Shown: positions 43,447 to 54,195, numbered from the stretch's first letter. The stretch is DNA of 64,000 nt from an uncultured Holophagales bacterium (GCA_963842525.1 CAWJGT010000008.1:1-64000), one strand, 5' to 3'. Notes: a model not told the origin generated them from the sequence alone. Program-made: numbers and translations.

Positions 43447-45055
43447 GGCCTCCTCTCGGAAGCCCGTCGGGTCATCCCCGGTCCGCCAAAAGACACAAGG
43501 AGAGCCCGGCGGGCTTCGCTTGCCTTGCCCGACCTCTCCACAGGCAAAATCGTCCCGCACTCCTGCGCCGACGAATCTACCTGACCACGCTGAAAACTGG
43601 GAAAAACTCAGGCGGCGGTCACGAAATAAGGCGGGCGTCTACACCGGACACCAAGACACGGTTTGGAGCGTGGTCTTCAGCCCTGACGGCAAGACCATTG
43701 CCAGCGCCTCCGACGACAACACCGTGCGACTGTGGCCGACTGAGTTCGGCTCGGAAATCAAAACCTTGACCGGACACCAAGACACGGTTTGGAGCGTGGT
43801 CTTCAGCCCTGACGGCAAGACCCTCGCCAGCGCCTCCTCCGACAACACCGTGCGACTCTGGCAGGCCGAGTCCGGCTCGGAAATTGAAACCTTGACCGGG
43901 CACCAAGACACGGTTTGGAGCGTGGCTTTCAGCCCTGACGGCAAGACCCTCGCCAGCGCTCCCGACGACAACACCGTGCGACTGTGGCAGACCGAGTCCG
44001 GCTCGGAAATCAGAACCTTGACCGGACACCAAGACACGGTCAGGAGCGTGGTCTTCAGCCCTGACGGCAAGACCCTTGCCAGTGCCTCCGACGACAACAC
44101 CGTGCGACTGTGGCAGACCGAGTCCGGCTCGGAAATCAGAACCTTAACCGGACACCAAGACACAGTCTGGAGCGTGGTCTTCAGCCCTGACGGCAAGACC
44201 CTCGCCAGCGCCTCCTCCGACAACACCGTGCGACTCTGGCAGACCGAGTCTGGCTCGGAAATCAGAACCTTAACCGGACACCAAGACACAGTCTGGAGCG
44301 TGGTCTTCAGCCCTGACGGCAAGACCCTCGCCAGCGCCTCCTCCGACAACACCGTGCGACTCTGGCAGGCCGACTCCGGCTCGGAAATCAAAACTTTGAC
44401 CGGACACCAAGACACAGCCTGGAGCGTGGCCTTCAGCCCTGACGGCAAGACTCTTGCCAGCGCCTCCTTCGACAAAACCGTCCGACTGTGGCAGACCGAC
44501 TCCGACTCGGAAATCAGAACCTTGACTGGACACCAAGACACGGTCAGGAGCGTGGTCTTCAGCCCTGACGGCAAGACCCTCGCCAGCGCCTCCGAAGACA
44601 AAACCGTCCGGCTCTGGCAAACCGACAGCGGCTCCGAGATCCGGGCTCTCACAGGACACCAGAACACGGTCTGGAGCGTGGCCTTCAGACCAAACGGAGA
44701 GACCCTCGCCAGCGCCTCCGCCGACCAAACCATACGCCTCTGGGACGTAGCGACCGGCCGGTGCCTGGCGGTTCTTCTTTCCCTTCCTGAAGGGTGGGTG
44801 GCGTTCTCTCCGGATGGCCGCTACAAATTCGGCGGCGTGCCGGCCGGGGGGTTCTGGCACGCGATCAGCCTCTGCCGGTTCGAGCCCGGCGAGCTCGACG
44901 AGTGGATTCCCGGCCTGCGGTTGGCGGACGACGCCTCGTTCCTCGACCTGCCGGCCTGGAAGCCCGAGGTGAGCCGCCGCACCAGCGAGGTGTTGTAGAC
45001 CTCACGGGGCAAAGCTCACCTGCCCCTGGCCTCGTACTGCTGAAAAAGGAGCTTG

Positions 45056-45305
45056 CTGCGCCGAGGTGGAGGCCGACCGGGCCGAGGTACAGTCGATCTG
45101 CGCCGTGGCGCGGGTTGGCCGGCCGAGGTGCAGATGGGCTGCGCCAAAGCCGGGCATACCTGTACCTTGGCGCAGGTAGACCCCACCATGGTGCAGGTCA
45201 CCTACGCCTCGGCGTTGGTGCGCACGCCGAGGTGCAGCCGGGCTGCGCCGAGGTCGCGTCCGACTGCGCCGAAGCCGGGAAACCTCCAGAATCGGCGCAG
45301 CTCGA
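45056..45305. repeat. Degenerate tandem array of about 12 palindromic 21-bp units
   Basis: Consensus CTGCGCCGAGGTGCAGGTCGA, e.g. ctgcgccgaggtggaggccga, ctgtaccttggcgcaggtaga and ctgcgccgaggtcgcgtccga. Confidence 0.7.
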
Positions 45306-45340
45306 CCAGAAATCGGCTCTGGATTGGGTGGGTGGGCCTG

Positions 45341-46069
45341 ATAGGGGTAGGGAGGACCGGTTACCCGGCCCCCCCTCCCTCCGAACCGGACTTGCGGATC
45401 TCCCGCATCCGGCTCTCCGGTTGGTGGTTTTACCTCAGAGAGGATTGACGGCCTGTTCATAGGCTGTGGAATCGGAGAACAGCCTATGCACAGCAAAGAG
45501 TTTGACAGCTTCTTTCGACCTCAGCTTCGAGGCCCGTCAACATAGACTTGGCTCGGACTGACGATTCCTCCCACGCCCACTGGCCTTGGGAGTCTCCGGC
45601 TCGGTTAGCCCTCAGGGCACTCACACGCGGTCTCACTTCCGTCAGACTCCGCCTCCTCTATCCACCTTCCTGTCCTCCTTTGCTCCACGCCCGTTACGGC
45701 GCTTCTCAGCTCCTATGAGGACTCTGACTCCTCGGCAAGTCTCCGGCCCGACCGAGGGCTCCCCGCTTCACGTCACTCGTCCCTGCGAGACCATTCTGCC
45801 TCCAACCACCCCATGGCCCCCATGGCCGCTTTCTCACGCTACCCCTCAGCGCCGTGGGCTTCCCTTGCGGGTCTGAGCTTCGCCTTTACTCCGCAGGCTC
45901 GCCGGGTACATAAGGCCGAATCGAGTTCGTCATTCTGCGGACTGGTCTCTCACCTCCGGTTGCTCCCCACCCCGCCTCGCGGCGACGCAGTTACCTTCGG
46001 TTTCAGGCCGGAGAGCGTATGCCTGGAGAGGACTTGCACCTCTCTGAACGAGTGCGCTCACGGGCGCAC
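45341..46069 (-). mobile_element. ORF-less group II intron, 729 nt
   Basis: 5' GTGCG at 46069; domain V GAGCCGGATGCGGGAGATCCGCAAGTCCGGTTC (45383-45415) with AGC triad; domain VI ending CCCTACCCCTAT; no RT ORF. Confidence 0.9.
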
Positions 46070-46206
46070 GGAGCGCCGGCGTCCCGCCGGCTCTCCACGA
46101 GGCCGTGGATGAGACGAAGCCGCCGACTGCTGGAGCGGTGGCGGTGTCTGGCGGTGCCTCAGCGGTCGGCGCAGCTCCGGGCCGGCGGGACGCCGGCGCT
46201 CCCAGG
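46070..46206. repeat. Inverted pair of REP-like elements (family C), one split by the intron
   Basis: ggagcgccggcgtcccgccggc (46070-46091) and gccggcgggacgccggcgctcccagg (46181-46206). Confidence 0.85.
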
Positions 46207-46231
46207 GTTCCCTCTGGCCGAGGCACCCATC

Positions 46232-46283
46232 TTGCAGCCCGAAAAGGCCGTGCTATAGGATGACCTTGTGACGACTTTCACAA
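46232..46283 (+). promoter_or_regulatory. Promoter of the act/cox operon with a downstream Rex/CRP-FNR-type operator
   Basis: TTGCAG then TGCTATAGGAT; palindrome TTGTGA-CGACTT-TCACAA at 46266-46283. Confidence 0.65.
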
Positions 46284-46350
46284 AGTCCCTTGAACCCAGA
46301 CCTGCGCTCCGATATCGTCCTGTCGCTGGGTGGCTAGGGAGGGCCGTCCG

Positions 46351-47007
46351 ATGCAGATCTTCCATCGCAGCACCAACACGGTCGCCAAGGTGAGCATCTT
46401 TGGCGCGGTCTTCTTCCTGGCGTTCTTCGCCTGGGTCTTCTCGACCCTGCTGCGCTCGTCGTACGCCACACGCCAGGGGGTGATCCTCAAGCAGCCGGTG
46501 CCGTTCAGCCACGACCATCACGTCACGGGCCTGGGGATCGACTGCCGGTACTGCCACACTTCGGTGGAGACGTCGGGCTTCGCCGGGATCCCGTCGACCG
46601 AGACGTGCATGAACTGCCACCGGCAGATCTGGACGAACGCGGACATGCTGGAGCCGGTGCGGGCGAGCTTTCGCGACAACGTGCCGATCCAGTGGACCCG
46701 CGTGCACGACCTGCCCGACTTCGTCTACTTCAACCACAGCGTCCACGTGGCCAAGGGGATCGGCTGCGTGACCTGCCACGGGCAGGTGGACCAGATGCCG
46801 CTGGTGTTCCAGGAGGCTTCGCTCCAGATGGAGTGGTGCCTGGACTGCCACCGCGATCCCGGGAAATTTGTGCGGCCGCGCGAAGAGGTGTTCAACCTCC
46901 AGTGGCAGCCGCCGGCCGATCCGGCCGCGGCCAGGGCGCTGCAGGCGCGGCTGGTCAAGGAGTATGACGTGAGGCCGATGACGAGCTGCTCGACCTGCCA
47001 CAGGTGA
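46351..47007 (+). CDS. actA: Alternative complex III pentaheme cytochrome c ActA
   Basis: Five CxxCH motifs, QPVPFSH and LPDFVYFNHS. Confidence 0.93.
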   Translation: MQIFHRSTNTVAKVSIFGAVFFLAFFAWVFSTLLRSSYATRQGVILKQPVPFSHDHHVTGLGIDCRYCHTSVETSGFAGIPSTETCMNCHRQIWTNADMLEPVRASFRDNVPIQWTRVHDLPDFVYFNHSVHVAKGIGCVTCHGQVDQMPLVFQEASLQMEWCLDCHRDPGKFVRPREEVFNLQWQPPADPAAARALQARLVKEYDVRPMTSCSTCHR

Positions 47008-47065
47008 GAGCGGGCGGGCTGCCAGACCGGATCCCTGACACGACTCAACGAGAGCGAGCCAACGG

Positions 47066-50000
47066 ATGGACAGCACCAGCGGTGTGAAAGGCAAATGCGG
47101 CGCCGAGGCGGGCTGCCGGTGCGGGGCGGCCGAGCCCCTCGACCTGGAGCAGGTGCGCGCGAAGCTGCGGGACAAGAAGGGGCCGGAGCTCTGGCGGAGC
47201 CTCGAAGAGCTCGCCGGGACCCCGCAGTTCGAGGAAATGCTCCACCGCGAGTTCCCGCGCCAGGCCTCCGAGTGGCCTTCTGGGGCCGAGGGAGCTGAAG
47301 GCGTCTCCCGCCGCGGCTTCCTGCAGCTCGCCGGCGCCTCCCTCGCTCTCGCCGGCCTGACCGGCTGCACGAAGCAGCCGGTCGAGAGGATCGTCCCCTA
47401 CGTGCGCCAGCCCGAGCAGGTCATCCCGGGCAAGCCGCTGTTCTTCGCCACCGCCCTCACCCTGGGCGGCTATGCGACCGGCGTCCTCGCCGAGAGCCAC
47501 CTGGGCCGGCCGACGAAGATCGAGGGCAACCCGGACCACCCGGCGAGCCTCGGCGCCACCGACGTCTTCTCCCAGGCCGCCGTCCTGACGCTCTACGACC
47601 CGCAGCGCTCACAGTCGGTCGCCCGCGCCGGCCGCATCTCGACCTGGAGCGGCTTCGTCAGCGACACCGGGGCGGCGCTGCGCGCTCTCCAGGCGCTCGG
47701 CGGGGACGGGCTCCGCATCCTCACCGGCGCGGTCACCTCGCCGACCCTCGCGGCGCAGATCCAGGCGCTGCTCACGCAATACCCGCGGGCCCGCTGGCAC
47801 CGCTGGGAGCCGGCCGGGCACCACCACGCCCACGCCGCCGCGATGAGCGCCTTCGGCCGTCCGGTCGAGACCCGCTACGACTTCTCGCGCGCCGCCGTGG
47901 TCCTGGCGATCGACTCCGACGTCCTCACCTGCGGGCCGGGCAACGTCCGCTACTCGCGCGACTTCACCGCCAACCGCCAGGTGCGGGCGAGCCGCCCGGA
48001 GATGAACCGCCTCTACTGCGTCGAGAGCATGCCGACCAACACCTCGACGATCTCCGACCACCGGCTGCAGCTCCCGCCCGCCGAGGTCGAGGCCTTCACG
48101 GCCGCCCTTGCGCAGGCCCTGGGTGTGACAGGCGCAGGCGGCGGCCAGGTGCTGGCCGACGATTTGACCGGTAAAAGGGCGCAGCGCTGGGTGCAGGCCG
48201 TGGCGCAGGATCTGCGGCAGAATGCCGGCCGCTCGCTCGTCGCCGGCGACGAATACCTCTCGCCGGCCTGCCAGGTGCTGATCCACGCCATCAACCAGGC
48301 CCTCGGCAACGTGGGCGCGACCGTCTTCCACACCGAGCCGGTCGAGGCCGCGCCGGTCCCCCCGGCTCCCTCCGTCTCCTACGCCGAATCGCTCGCCGAG
48401 CTGGTGCGCGACATGGGCGCCGGCCGGGTCGACATCCTGCTGATGCTCGACGGCGTCAACCCGGTCTACACCTCGCCGGCCGACCTCGGCTTCGCCGCCG
48501 CCCTGGACAAGGTGCGGCTGCGCATCCACCACGGCCTGTACGGGGACGAGACCTCCGAGCGCTGCCACTGGCACATCCCGGCGGCGCACGAGCTCGAGAC
48601 CTGGAGCGACGCCCGCGCCTTCGATGGCACGGTCAGCATCATCCAGCCGCTGATCGAGCCGCTCTACGACGGCAAGAGCGCGCACGAGGTGCTGGCCGCC
48701 CTCGGCAGCCAGCCGGATGCCACGAGCTACGACCTGGTCCGGGCGCACTGGCAGACCCTGCTGGTCGGGGACTTCGAGGGGGCTTGGCGCGCCGCCCTGC
48801 ACGACGGCTTCCTGCCCAACACCCAGCTCCCGCCGGTCTCCGCCGGAGTGGCGGGCGGCGCGGCGCAGCAGGCCGCCGCCCAGATCCTCCAGGACGTCCA
48901 GCGGGCCCGCGCGCAGAAAGATGTGATCACCTTGTGCTTCCGTCCCGATCCGACGGTCTGGGATGGCCGCTTCGCGAGCAACACTTGGCTCCAGGAGCTG
49001 CCCAAGCCGATCACCAAGCTCACCTGGGACAATGCCGTCCTGCTCGGCCCGGCCACGGCCCAGCGCCTGGGCGTGCGCCTGGAAGAGAAAATCGAGCTGA
49101 CCTGGAAGGGGCGCAAGCTCCAGGCCGCCGTCTGGGTGCAGCCCGGGATGGCCGAGAACACGGCCGTGCTCACCCTCGGCTATGGCCGCACCCGCGCCGG
49201 CCAGCACGCCAGCGGGGCCGGCTTCAACGCCTACGCGTTGCGGACCTCGGACGCGCTGTGGACCGCCCGCGGGGTCGAGGTCCGCGGCCTCGGCGAGCAC
49301 CACGCCTTCGCCTGCACGCAGAACCACCACGTGCTGGAGAGCGGCGAGAGCGAAATCCCCCTGGCCTCCGCGGAGGCCGAGCGCCGGCACTTGATCCGCA
49401 CTGGCACGCTGGAGCAATTCCGGCAGGACCGGGACTTCATCAAGAAGCACCGCGAGAAGCCAAAGGACGACATGTCCATGTATCCCGCCCATAAGTACGA
49501 GGGGCACAAGTGGGGCATGGCCATCGACTTGAACGTCTGCACGGGCTGCAGCTCCTGCGTGATCGCCTGCCAGGCGGAGAACAACATCCCGGTGGTCGGC
49601 AAGGACCAGGTGCTCGCCGGGCGCGAGATGCACTGGCTGCGCATCGACCGCTATTTCTACGGCGTCCTCGACGAGCCGGCGATCCACAACCAGCCGGTCC
49701 CCTGCATGCACTGCGAGAACGCCCCCTGCGAGGTGGTCTGCCCGGTGGCAGCCACGGCGCACAGCGACGAAGGCCTGAACGACATGGTCTACAACCGTTG
49801 CGTGGGCACCCGCTACTGCTCGAACAACTGCCCCTACAAGGTGCGGCGGTTCAACTTCCTGCGTTACAGCGACCGGGAGAGCCCGCTCATGCGCATGCTG
49901 TACAACCCGGACGTCACGGTGCGCATGCGCGGCGTGATGGAGAAGTGCACCTACTGCGTACAGCGGATCGAGCAGGCGAAGATCGAGTCCAAGGTCGAGG

Positions 50001-50242
50001 GGCAGGGCATCCCGGTCGACAAGCTCCAGACCGCCTGCCAGCAGTCCTGTCCCACGCAGGCGATCGTCTTCGGCGACCTGAACGACGAGGCCTGGACGGT
50101 GACGCAGTGGCAGGCGGATCCGCTCAATTACGGCCTCCTCGAAGAGATCAACACCCGGCCGCGCACCACCTATCTCGCCAAGCTGCGCAATCCGAATCCC
50201 CTGCTCGAACCGGCGGAAAGGACTGAGCATGGCCACTCTTGA
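47066..50242 (+). CDS. actB: Alternative complex III subunit ActB (molybdopterin oxidoreductase-like plus Fe-S)
   Basis: WRSLEEL, SRRGFL Tat motif, [20 protein letters not shown] and [13 protein letters not shown]. Confidence 0.95.
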   Translation: MDSTSGVKGKCGAEAGCRCGAAEPLDLEQVRAKLRDKKGPELWRSLEELAGTPQFEEMLHREFPRQASEWPSGAEGAEGVSRRGFLQLAGASLALAGLTGCTKQPVERIVPYVRQPEQVIPGKPLFFATALTLGGYATGVLAESHLGRPTKIEGNPDHPASLGATDVFSQAAVLTLYDPQRSQSVARAGRISTWSGFVSDTGAALRALQALGGDGLRILTGAVTSPTLAAQIQALLTQYPRARWHRWEPAGHHHAHAAAMSAFGRPVETRYDFSRAAVVLAIDSDVLTCGPGNVRYSRDFTANRQVRASRPEMNRLYCVESMPTNTSTISDHRLQLPPAEVEAFTAALAQALGVTGAGGGQVLADDLTGKRAQRWVQAVAQDLRQNAGRSLVAGDEYLSPACQVLIHAINQALGNVGATVFHTEPVEAAPVPPAPSVSYAESLAELVRDMGAGRVDILLMLDGVNPVYTSPADLGFAAALDKVRLRIHHGLYGDETSERCHWHIPAAHELETWSDARAFDGTVSIIQPLIEPLYDGKSAHEVLAALGSQPDATSYDLVRAHWQTLLVGDFEGAWRAALHDGFLPNTQLPPVSAGVAGGAAQQAAAQILQDVQRARAQKDVITLCFRPDPTVWDGRFASNTWLQELPKPITKLTWDNAVLLGPATAQRLGVRLEEKIELTWKGRKLQAAVWVQPGMAENTAVLTLGYGRTRAGQHASGAGFNAYALRTSDALWTARGVEVRGLGEHHAFACTQNHHVLESGESEIPLASAEAERRHLIRTGTLEQFRQDRDFIKKHREKPKDDMSMYPAHKYEGHKWGMAIDLNVCTGCSSCVIACQAENNIPVVGKDQVLAGREMHWLRIDRYFYGVLDEPAIHNQPVPCMHCENAPCEVVCPVAATAHSDEGLNDMVYNRCVGTRYCSNNCPYKVRRFNFLRYSDRESPLMRMLYNPDVTVRMRGVMEKCTYCVQRIEQAKIESKVEGQGIPVDKLQTACQQSCPTQAIVFGDLNDEAWTVTQWQADPLNYGLLEEINTRPRTTYLAKLRNPNPLLEPAERTEHGHS

Positions 50243-51653
50243 CGACGGCGGCGCGACGTTCTCTCCCGCCGCTCCGCCCTCCAAGCCGCCAGTCGTGGCC
50301 CCGGGGCATACGACGGCGACGGTCACCGACAAGATCAGCTCGGTGGTCCTGCAGAAGGCGCCCAAGTGGTGGTTCGCCGCCTTCGGGATCTCGTTCATGA
50401 TCATGATGCTCTTCCTGATGTCGGTGACCTGGCTGCTCGTCAAGGGTGTCGGCATCTGGGGCGTCAATCAGCCGGTGGGCTGGGGCTTCGCGATCATCAA
50501 CTTCGTCTGGTGGATCGGCATCGGCCACGCCGGCACGCTGATTTCGGCGATCCTGTTGCTCTTGCGCCAGGAGTGGCGGACGTCGATCAACCGCTTCGCC
50601 GAAGCGATGACGCTCTTCGCGGTGGCCTGCGCCGGCATGTTCCCGGTCCTCCATCTCGGCCGGCCGTGGCTCGCCTACTGGCTGTTCCCCTATCCGAACA
50701 CCATGGGCATGTGGCCGCAGTTCCGCAGCCCGCTGGTGTGGGACGTGTTCGCGGTTTCCACGTACGCCACGGTGTCGATGCTCTTCTGGTACGTCGGCCT
50801 GATCCCCGACCTGGCGACGCTGCGCGACCGGTCGAAGAACCGTTTTGCCAAGGTCGTCTACGGCTTCGGCGCCATGGGCTGGCGCGGCGTCTCGTCGCAC
50901 TGGCACAACTACGAGACGGCCTACGTGCTGCTCGCCGGCCTGGCCACGCCGCTGGTGCTCTCGGTCCACACCGTGGTGTCGTTCGATTTCGCCATCGGCA
51001 TCATCCCGGGCTGGCACGCCACGATCTTCCCTCCCTACTTCGTGGCCGGCGCGATCTACGCCGGCTTCGCCATGGTCCTGCTCCTCGCCATCCCGCTGCG
51101 CGCGGTCTTCGGCCTGCAGGACTTCATCACCACACGCCATCTGCAGAACATGGGCAAGGTGATGCTGGCGACCGGCATGATCGTGGTCTACGGCTACCTG
51201 ATGGAGTTCTTCTTCGCCTGGTACAGCGGCAACCACTACGAGAAGTTCGCGTTCATCAACCGCGTCTTCGGGCCGTACAAATGGCACTGGTTCGGGCTGA
51301 TCCTCTGCAACGGCTTCGTGCCGCAGCTCCTCTGGTTCCGGCGCTTCCGCACGTCGCCGGCCTGGCTGTTCGTGATCTCGCTGATCGTCAGCGTCGGCAT
51401 GTGGCTGGAGCGCTTCATCATCGTGGTGACCAGCCTGCACCGCGACTTCCTGCCGTCGTCGTGGGGCATGTACCAGGGCACGCGGTGGGACTGGATGACC
51501 TTCGCCGGCACCATCGGCCTGTTCCTGACCCTGTTCTTCCTGTTCATCCGCTTCCTGCCGATGATCTCGATCTTCGAGATGCGCACCATCGTGCCCGGCA
51601 CCAAGGGGAGCGCGTCCACGGAGGTGCCTGCGAATGACCCAGGCCCACGGTAA
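50229..51653 (+). CDS. actC: Alternative complex III subunit ActC (NrfD family)
   Basis: [26 protein letters not shown] and SPLVWD. Confidence 0.95.
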   Translation: MATLDDGGATFSPAAPPSKPPVVAPGHTTATVTDKISSVVLQKAPKWWFAAFGISFMIMMLFLMSVTWLLVKGVGIWGVNQPVGWGFAIINFVWWIGIGHAGTLISAILLLLRQEWRTSINRFAEAMTLFAVACAGMFPVLHLGRPWLAYWLFPYPNTMGMWPQFRSPLVWDVFAVSTYATVSMLFWYVGLIPDLATLRDRSKNRFAKVVYGFGAMGWRGVSSHWHNYETAYVLLAGLATPLVLSVHTVVSFDFAIGIIPGWHATIFPPYFVAGAIYAGFAMVLLLAIPLRAVFGLQDFITTRHLQNMGKVMLATGMIVVYGYLMEFFFAWYSGNHYEKFAFINRVFGPYKWHWFGLILCNGFVPQLLWFRRFRTSPAWLFVISLIVSVGMWLERFIIVVTSLHRDFLPSSWGMYQGTRWDWMTFAGTIGLFLTLFFLFIRFLPMISIFEMRTIVPGTKGSASTEVPANDPGPR

Positions 51654-52203
51654 TCAGCGCGAGCAGCTCGAGCGGCGCGAGATCTACGGCCTGATGGCCG
51701 AGTTCCAGTCGGCCGAGGCCCTGATCGAGGCGGCGCACAAGGTCCACGCGGCGGGCTACGAGCGCGCCGAGGCCTATACGCCCTACCCGATCGAGGAGCT
51801 TGCCCACGCCCTCGGCCATCATCGCTCGAAGCTGCCGCTGATCGTGCTGATCGGCGGCCTGTGCGGCATGGTGGGCGGCTACATGCTCCAGTACTGGGCG
51901 TCGGTGATCGAATATCCGCTCAACATCGGCGGCCGGCCGTTCCACAGTTGGCCCGCCTTCATCGTGCCGACCTTCGAGACGACGATCCTGGCGGCGGCGC
52001 TGTCGGCGGTGCTCGGCATGTTCGCCCTGAACGGGCTGCCGCACCCGTACCACCCGGTCTTCAACGTGCCGCGCTTCGCCCTGGCGTCGCGCGACCGCTA
52101 CTTCCTGGTGGTCGAGGCGCGCGATCCGAAGTTCGACCGCGACCAGACCCGGAGCTTCCTCCTGGACCTCAATGCGAGCGAGGTGTCGGACGTTGAGCCC
52201 TAG
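51634..52203 (+). CDS. actD: Alternative complex III subunit ActD (DUF3341)
   Basis: [21 protein letters not shown] and PTFETTIL. Confidence 0.92.
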   Translation: MTQAHGNQREQLERREIYGLMAEFQSAEALIEAAHKVHAAGYERAEAYTPYPIEELAHALGHHRSKLPLIVLIGGLCGMVGGYMLQYWASVIEYPLNIGGRPFHSWPAFIVPTFETTILAAALSAVLGMFALNGLPHPYHPVFNVPRFALASRDRYFLVVEARDPKFDRDQTRSFLLDLNASEVSDVEP

Positions 52204-52981
52204 AGCCCTGGCCCCTCACCCCCGGCCCCTCTCCCATCCGCCCTCCCGAACCGCCGGGAGAGGGGAGTCGTGGTGCCCCGAAGAATCGCTTCCAGCTTCC
52301 CCTGTCTCCTTCCCCCCTCTCCCGGGAGGTAGGGAGGGCGGATGGGAGAGGGGGGGCAGGGGGGTGAGGGGCCTCGCGCTACTCCTGGCCTGCTCGGTCC
52401 TGCTGCTCGCCGGCTGCCGGCAGAACATGCACGACCAGAACAAGGTCGAGCCGCTGGAGGCGAGCGCCTTCTATGCCGACAGCAAGGGCGCGCGCCCGCT
52501 GCCGGCCGGCACGGTGCCGCGCGGCGGTATCGGCGGCGAGAGGGGCGAGAAGATCGCTCCCTACACCGGCCTGACCGTGGCGCGGTGGACGGTCCCGGCC
52601 GGAGGCCCACCGGTCACCCTGGAGCTGCTGCGCCGCGGCCAGCAGCGCTATGACGTCTTCTGCTCCCCCTGCCACGACCGTACCGGCAGCGGACGCGGCA
52701 TGATCGTCCAACGCGGCTACAAGCAGCCGACCTCGTACCACGACGCGCGGCTGCTCAGCGTGCCGACCGACTACTTCGTCCAGGTGATCACCGAGGGGTT
52801 CGGCGTGATGCCCAGCTACGCCCCGCAAGTGCCGTTGGAGGACCGCTGGGCCATCGCCGCCTACATCCGCGCCCTCCAGTACAGCCAGAACGCCCGCCTG
52901 GCCGACCTGCCGCCCGCGCGGCGCCAGGAGATCGAGCGGGAGCTCGCAGCGGGCACGTCCCGACCCACCGAGGTGCCATGA
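52193..52981 (+). CDS. actE: Alternative complex III monoheme lipoprotein ActE, with a REP in its N-region
   Basis: LAGC lipobox, MHDQ, CSPCH and DRWAIAAYIRALQ; start is TTG 52193 or GTG 52363. Confidence 0.9.
   Translation: MSPRALAPHPRPLSHPPSRTAGRGESWCPEESLPASPVSFPPLPGGREGGWERGGRGVRGLALLLACSVLLLAGCRQNMHDQNKVEPLEASAFYADSKGARPLPAGTVPRGGIGGERGEKIAPYTGLTVARWTVPAGGPPVTLELLRRGQQRYDVFCSPCHDRTGSGRGMIVQRGYKQPTSYHDARLLSVPTDYFVQVITEGFGVMPSYAPQVPLEDRWAIAAYIRALQYSQNARLADLPPARRQEIERELAAGTSRPTEVP
52210..52373. repeat. Family A REP inverted pair inside the actE 5' region
   Basis: ggcccctcacccccggcccctctcccatccgccctccc ... gggagggcggatgggagagggggg..ggggtgaggggcc. Confidence 0.85.
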
Positions 52982-54195
52982 ACGCAGAGCCCGGTTTTCG
53001 CCCCGATCGCCTCGACCGCCTCGACGCCGCGGCGTTCACCGCTCCGGCGGCGGTCGACCGCGTCCAGCGCACCGCCCTGATTGCCGGCGGGCTGGGCGCC
53101 GCCGCCTGCGTCCTCGGGTGGATCCTGTCGCCGGCCTACTTCTACCGCGCCTGGCTGGTCGGCTGGGTCTACTGGGTCGGCGTCGCCGCGGGCTCGCTCG
53201 CGATCTTCCTGCTCCACCATCTCACCCGCGGCGCCTGGGGCCTCGTCGCCCGCCGTATCCTGGAGGCATCCGCGCGCACGCTGCCGTTCCTGGTGGTGCT
53301 CTTCCTCCCGCTCGTCTTGGGGATGCGCGAGCTCTATTCCTGGGCGCGTCCGGAGGTGGTGGCCGGCGATGCCATCCTGCAGAGCAAGGAGGCCTATCTC
53401 AACCTGCCCTTCTTCTTCGTCCGGCTGGTGCTCTATTTCGTGGTCTGGGGCGGCATCGCCTGGCTGCTCAGCCGCCTGTCCTGGCGCCAGGACCACGGCG
53501 ACGACCCGGGCCTGACGCGCCGCATGCAGCTCCTCGCGGGCCCCGGCCTCGCCGCCTACTGCCTGGCGACGACCTTCGCCGCGGTCGACTGGCTGATGTC
53601 CCTCGATCCGCACTGGTTCTCGACGATCTACGGCGTTTCGATGATGGGCAGCCAGGCCCTCTCGGCCCTCGCCTTCCTGATCGTCTGCGCGCTCTGGCTG
53701 TCACGCCGTGCGCCCATGGACCACGTCCTGCGCAGCGGCCACTTCCACGACTGGGGCAAGCTGATGCTCGCCTTCACCATGCTCTGGGCCTATTTCTCGT
53801 TCTCCCAGTTCCTGATCATGTGGGCGGGCAACCTGCCGGAGGAGATCGTCTGGTACCTCCACCGCATCCGGCACGGCTGGGGCTACGTGGCGCTGGTGAT
53901 CGTGCTCTTCCACTTCATGCTGCCCTTCACCCTTCTCCTGTCGCGCGACCTGAAGAGCCGGGCCTCGCGGCTGGCGGGTGTGGCCGTGCTGATGCTCGTC
54001 ATGCGCCTGGTCGACCTCTTCTGGCAGGTCGAGCCCGGGTTCGAATACCAGGATTTCAGGTTCTACTGGCTCTATTTGGCGGCGCCGGTGGCCATCGGCG
54101 GCGTCTTCGTCTTCTTCTTCCTGCGCGAGCTCAAGCGCGCGCCGCTGCTGCCGGTCGGCGACCCCAATCTCCCGGAGGTGCTCGCTCATGAGTGA
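52978..54195 (+). CDS. actF: Alternative complex III subunit ActF
   Basis: About 10 TM helices; DWLMSLDPHWFSTIYG and WAGNLPEE. Confidence 0.92.
   Translation: MNAEPGFRPDRLDRLDAAAFTAPAAVDRVQRTALIAGGLGAAACVLGWILSPAYFYRAWLVGWVYWVGVAAGSLAIFLLHHLTRGAWGLVARRILEASARTLPFLVVLFLPLVLGMRELYSWARPEVVAGDAILQSKEAYLNLPFFFVRLVLYFVVWGGIAWLLSRLSWRQDHGDDPGLTRRMQLLAGPGLAAYCLATTFAAVDWLMSLDPHWFSTIYGVSMMGSQALSALAFLIVCALWLSRRAPMDHVLRSGHFHDWGKLMLAFTMLWAYFSFSQFLIMWAGNLPEEIVWYLHRIRHGWGYVALVIVLFHFMLPFTLLLSRDLKSRASRLAGVAVLMLVMRLVDLFWQVEPGFEYQDFRFYWLYLAAPVAIGGVFVFFFLRELKRAPLLPVGDPNLPEVLAHE

Larger units (their letters stand above)
40269..43643 (-). mobile_element. 3,375-bp four-gene DDE transposon with TGT..ACA ends and CCGG target duplication
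   Basis: Left end TGTCGAGTCCCGCGTAATTCCGTGGCC versus right end (reverse complement) TGTAGACGCCCGCCTTATTTCGTGACC; CCGG at 40265-40268 and 43644-43647. Confidence 0.92.
39763..44755 (+). repeat. 13 near-identical 126-bp WD40 coding repeats, split by the transposon
   Basis: GHQxxVxSVxFSPDGKTxASASxDxTVRLW units, highly similar at DNA level. Confidence 0.9.
38803..44998 (+). pseudogene. TIR-pentapeptide repeat-WD40 protein (938 aa when rejoined), interrupted by a transposon
   Basis: VFLSYSHKD..SADFLTSEFILKEEVP (TIR_2); A(D/N)LxG pentapeptides; WD40 repeats. Removing 40269-43647 restores ttg acc gga cac in frame (1466+1351=2817 nt). Confidence 0.92.

Noticed and set aside
40269-43643. Tn7 or CRISPR-associated transposon
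   Set aside because: No recognisable TnsA, TniQ/TnsD or Cas gene, and the duplication is 4 bp rather than 5 bp.
43418-43643. N-terminus of ORF 43418..44998 as a genuine gene start
   Set aside because: It is transposon end sequence that happens to be open in frame with the severed WD40 half.
39763-44755. Regular repeats as a possible CRISPR array
   Set aside because: They are contiguous 126-bp in-frame WD40 coding units with no unique spacers, and no cas genes are present.
38803-46069. Diversity-generating retroelement acting on the WD40 gene
   Set aside because: No RT ORF and no TR/VR pair with adenine-specific differences; the neighbouring RNA is a group II intron.
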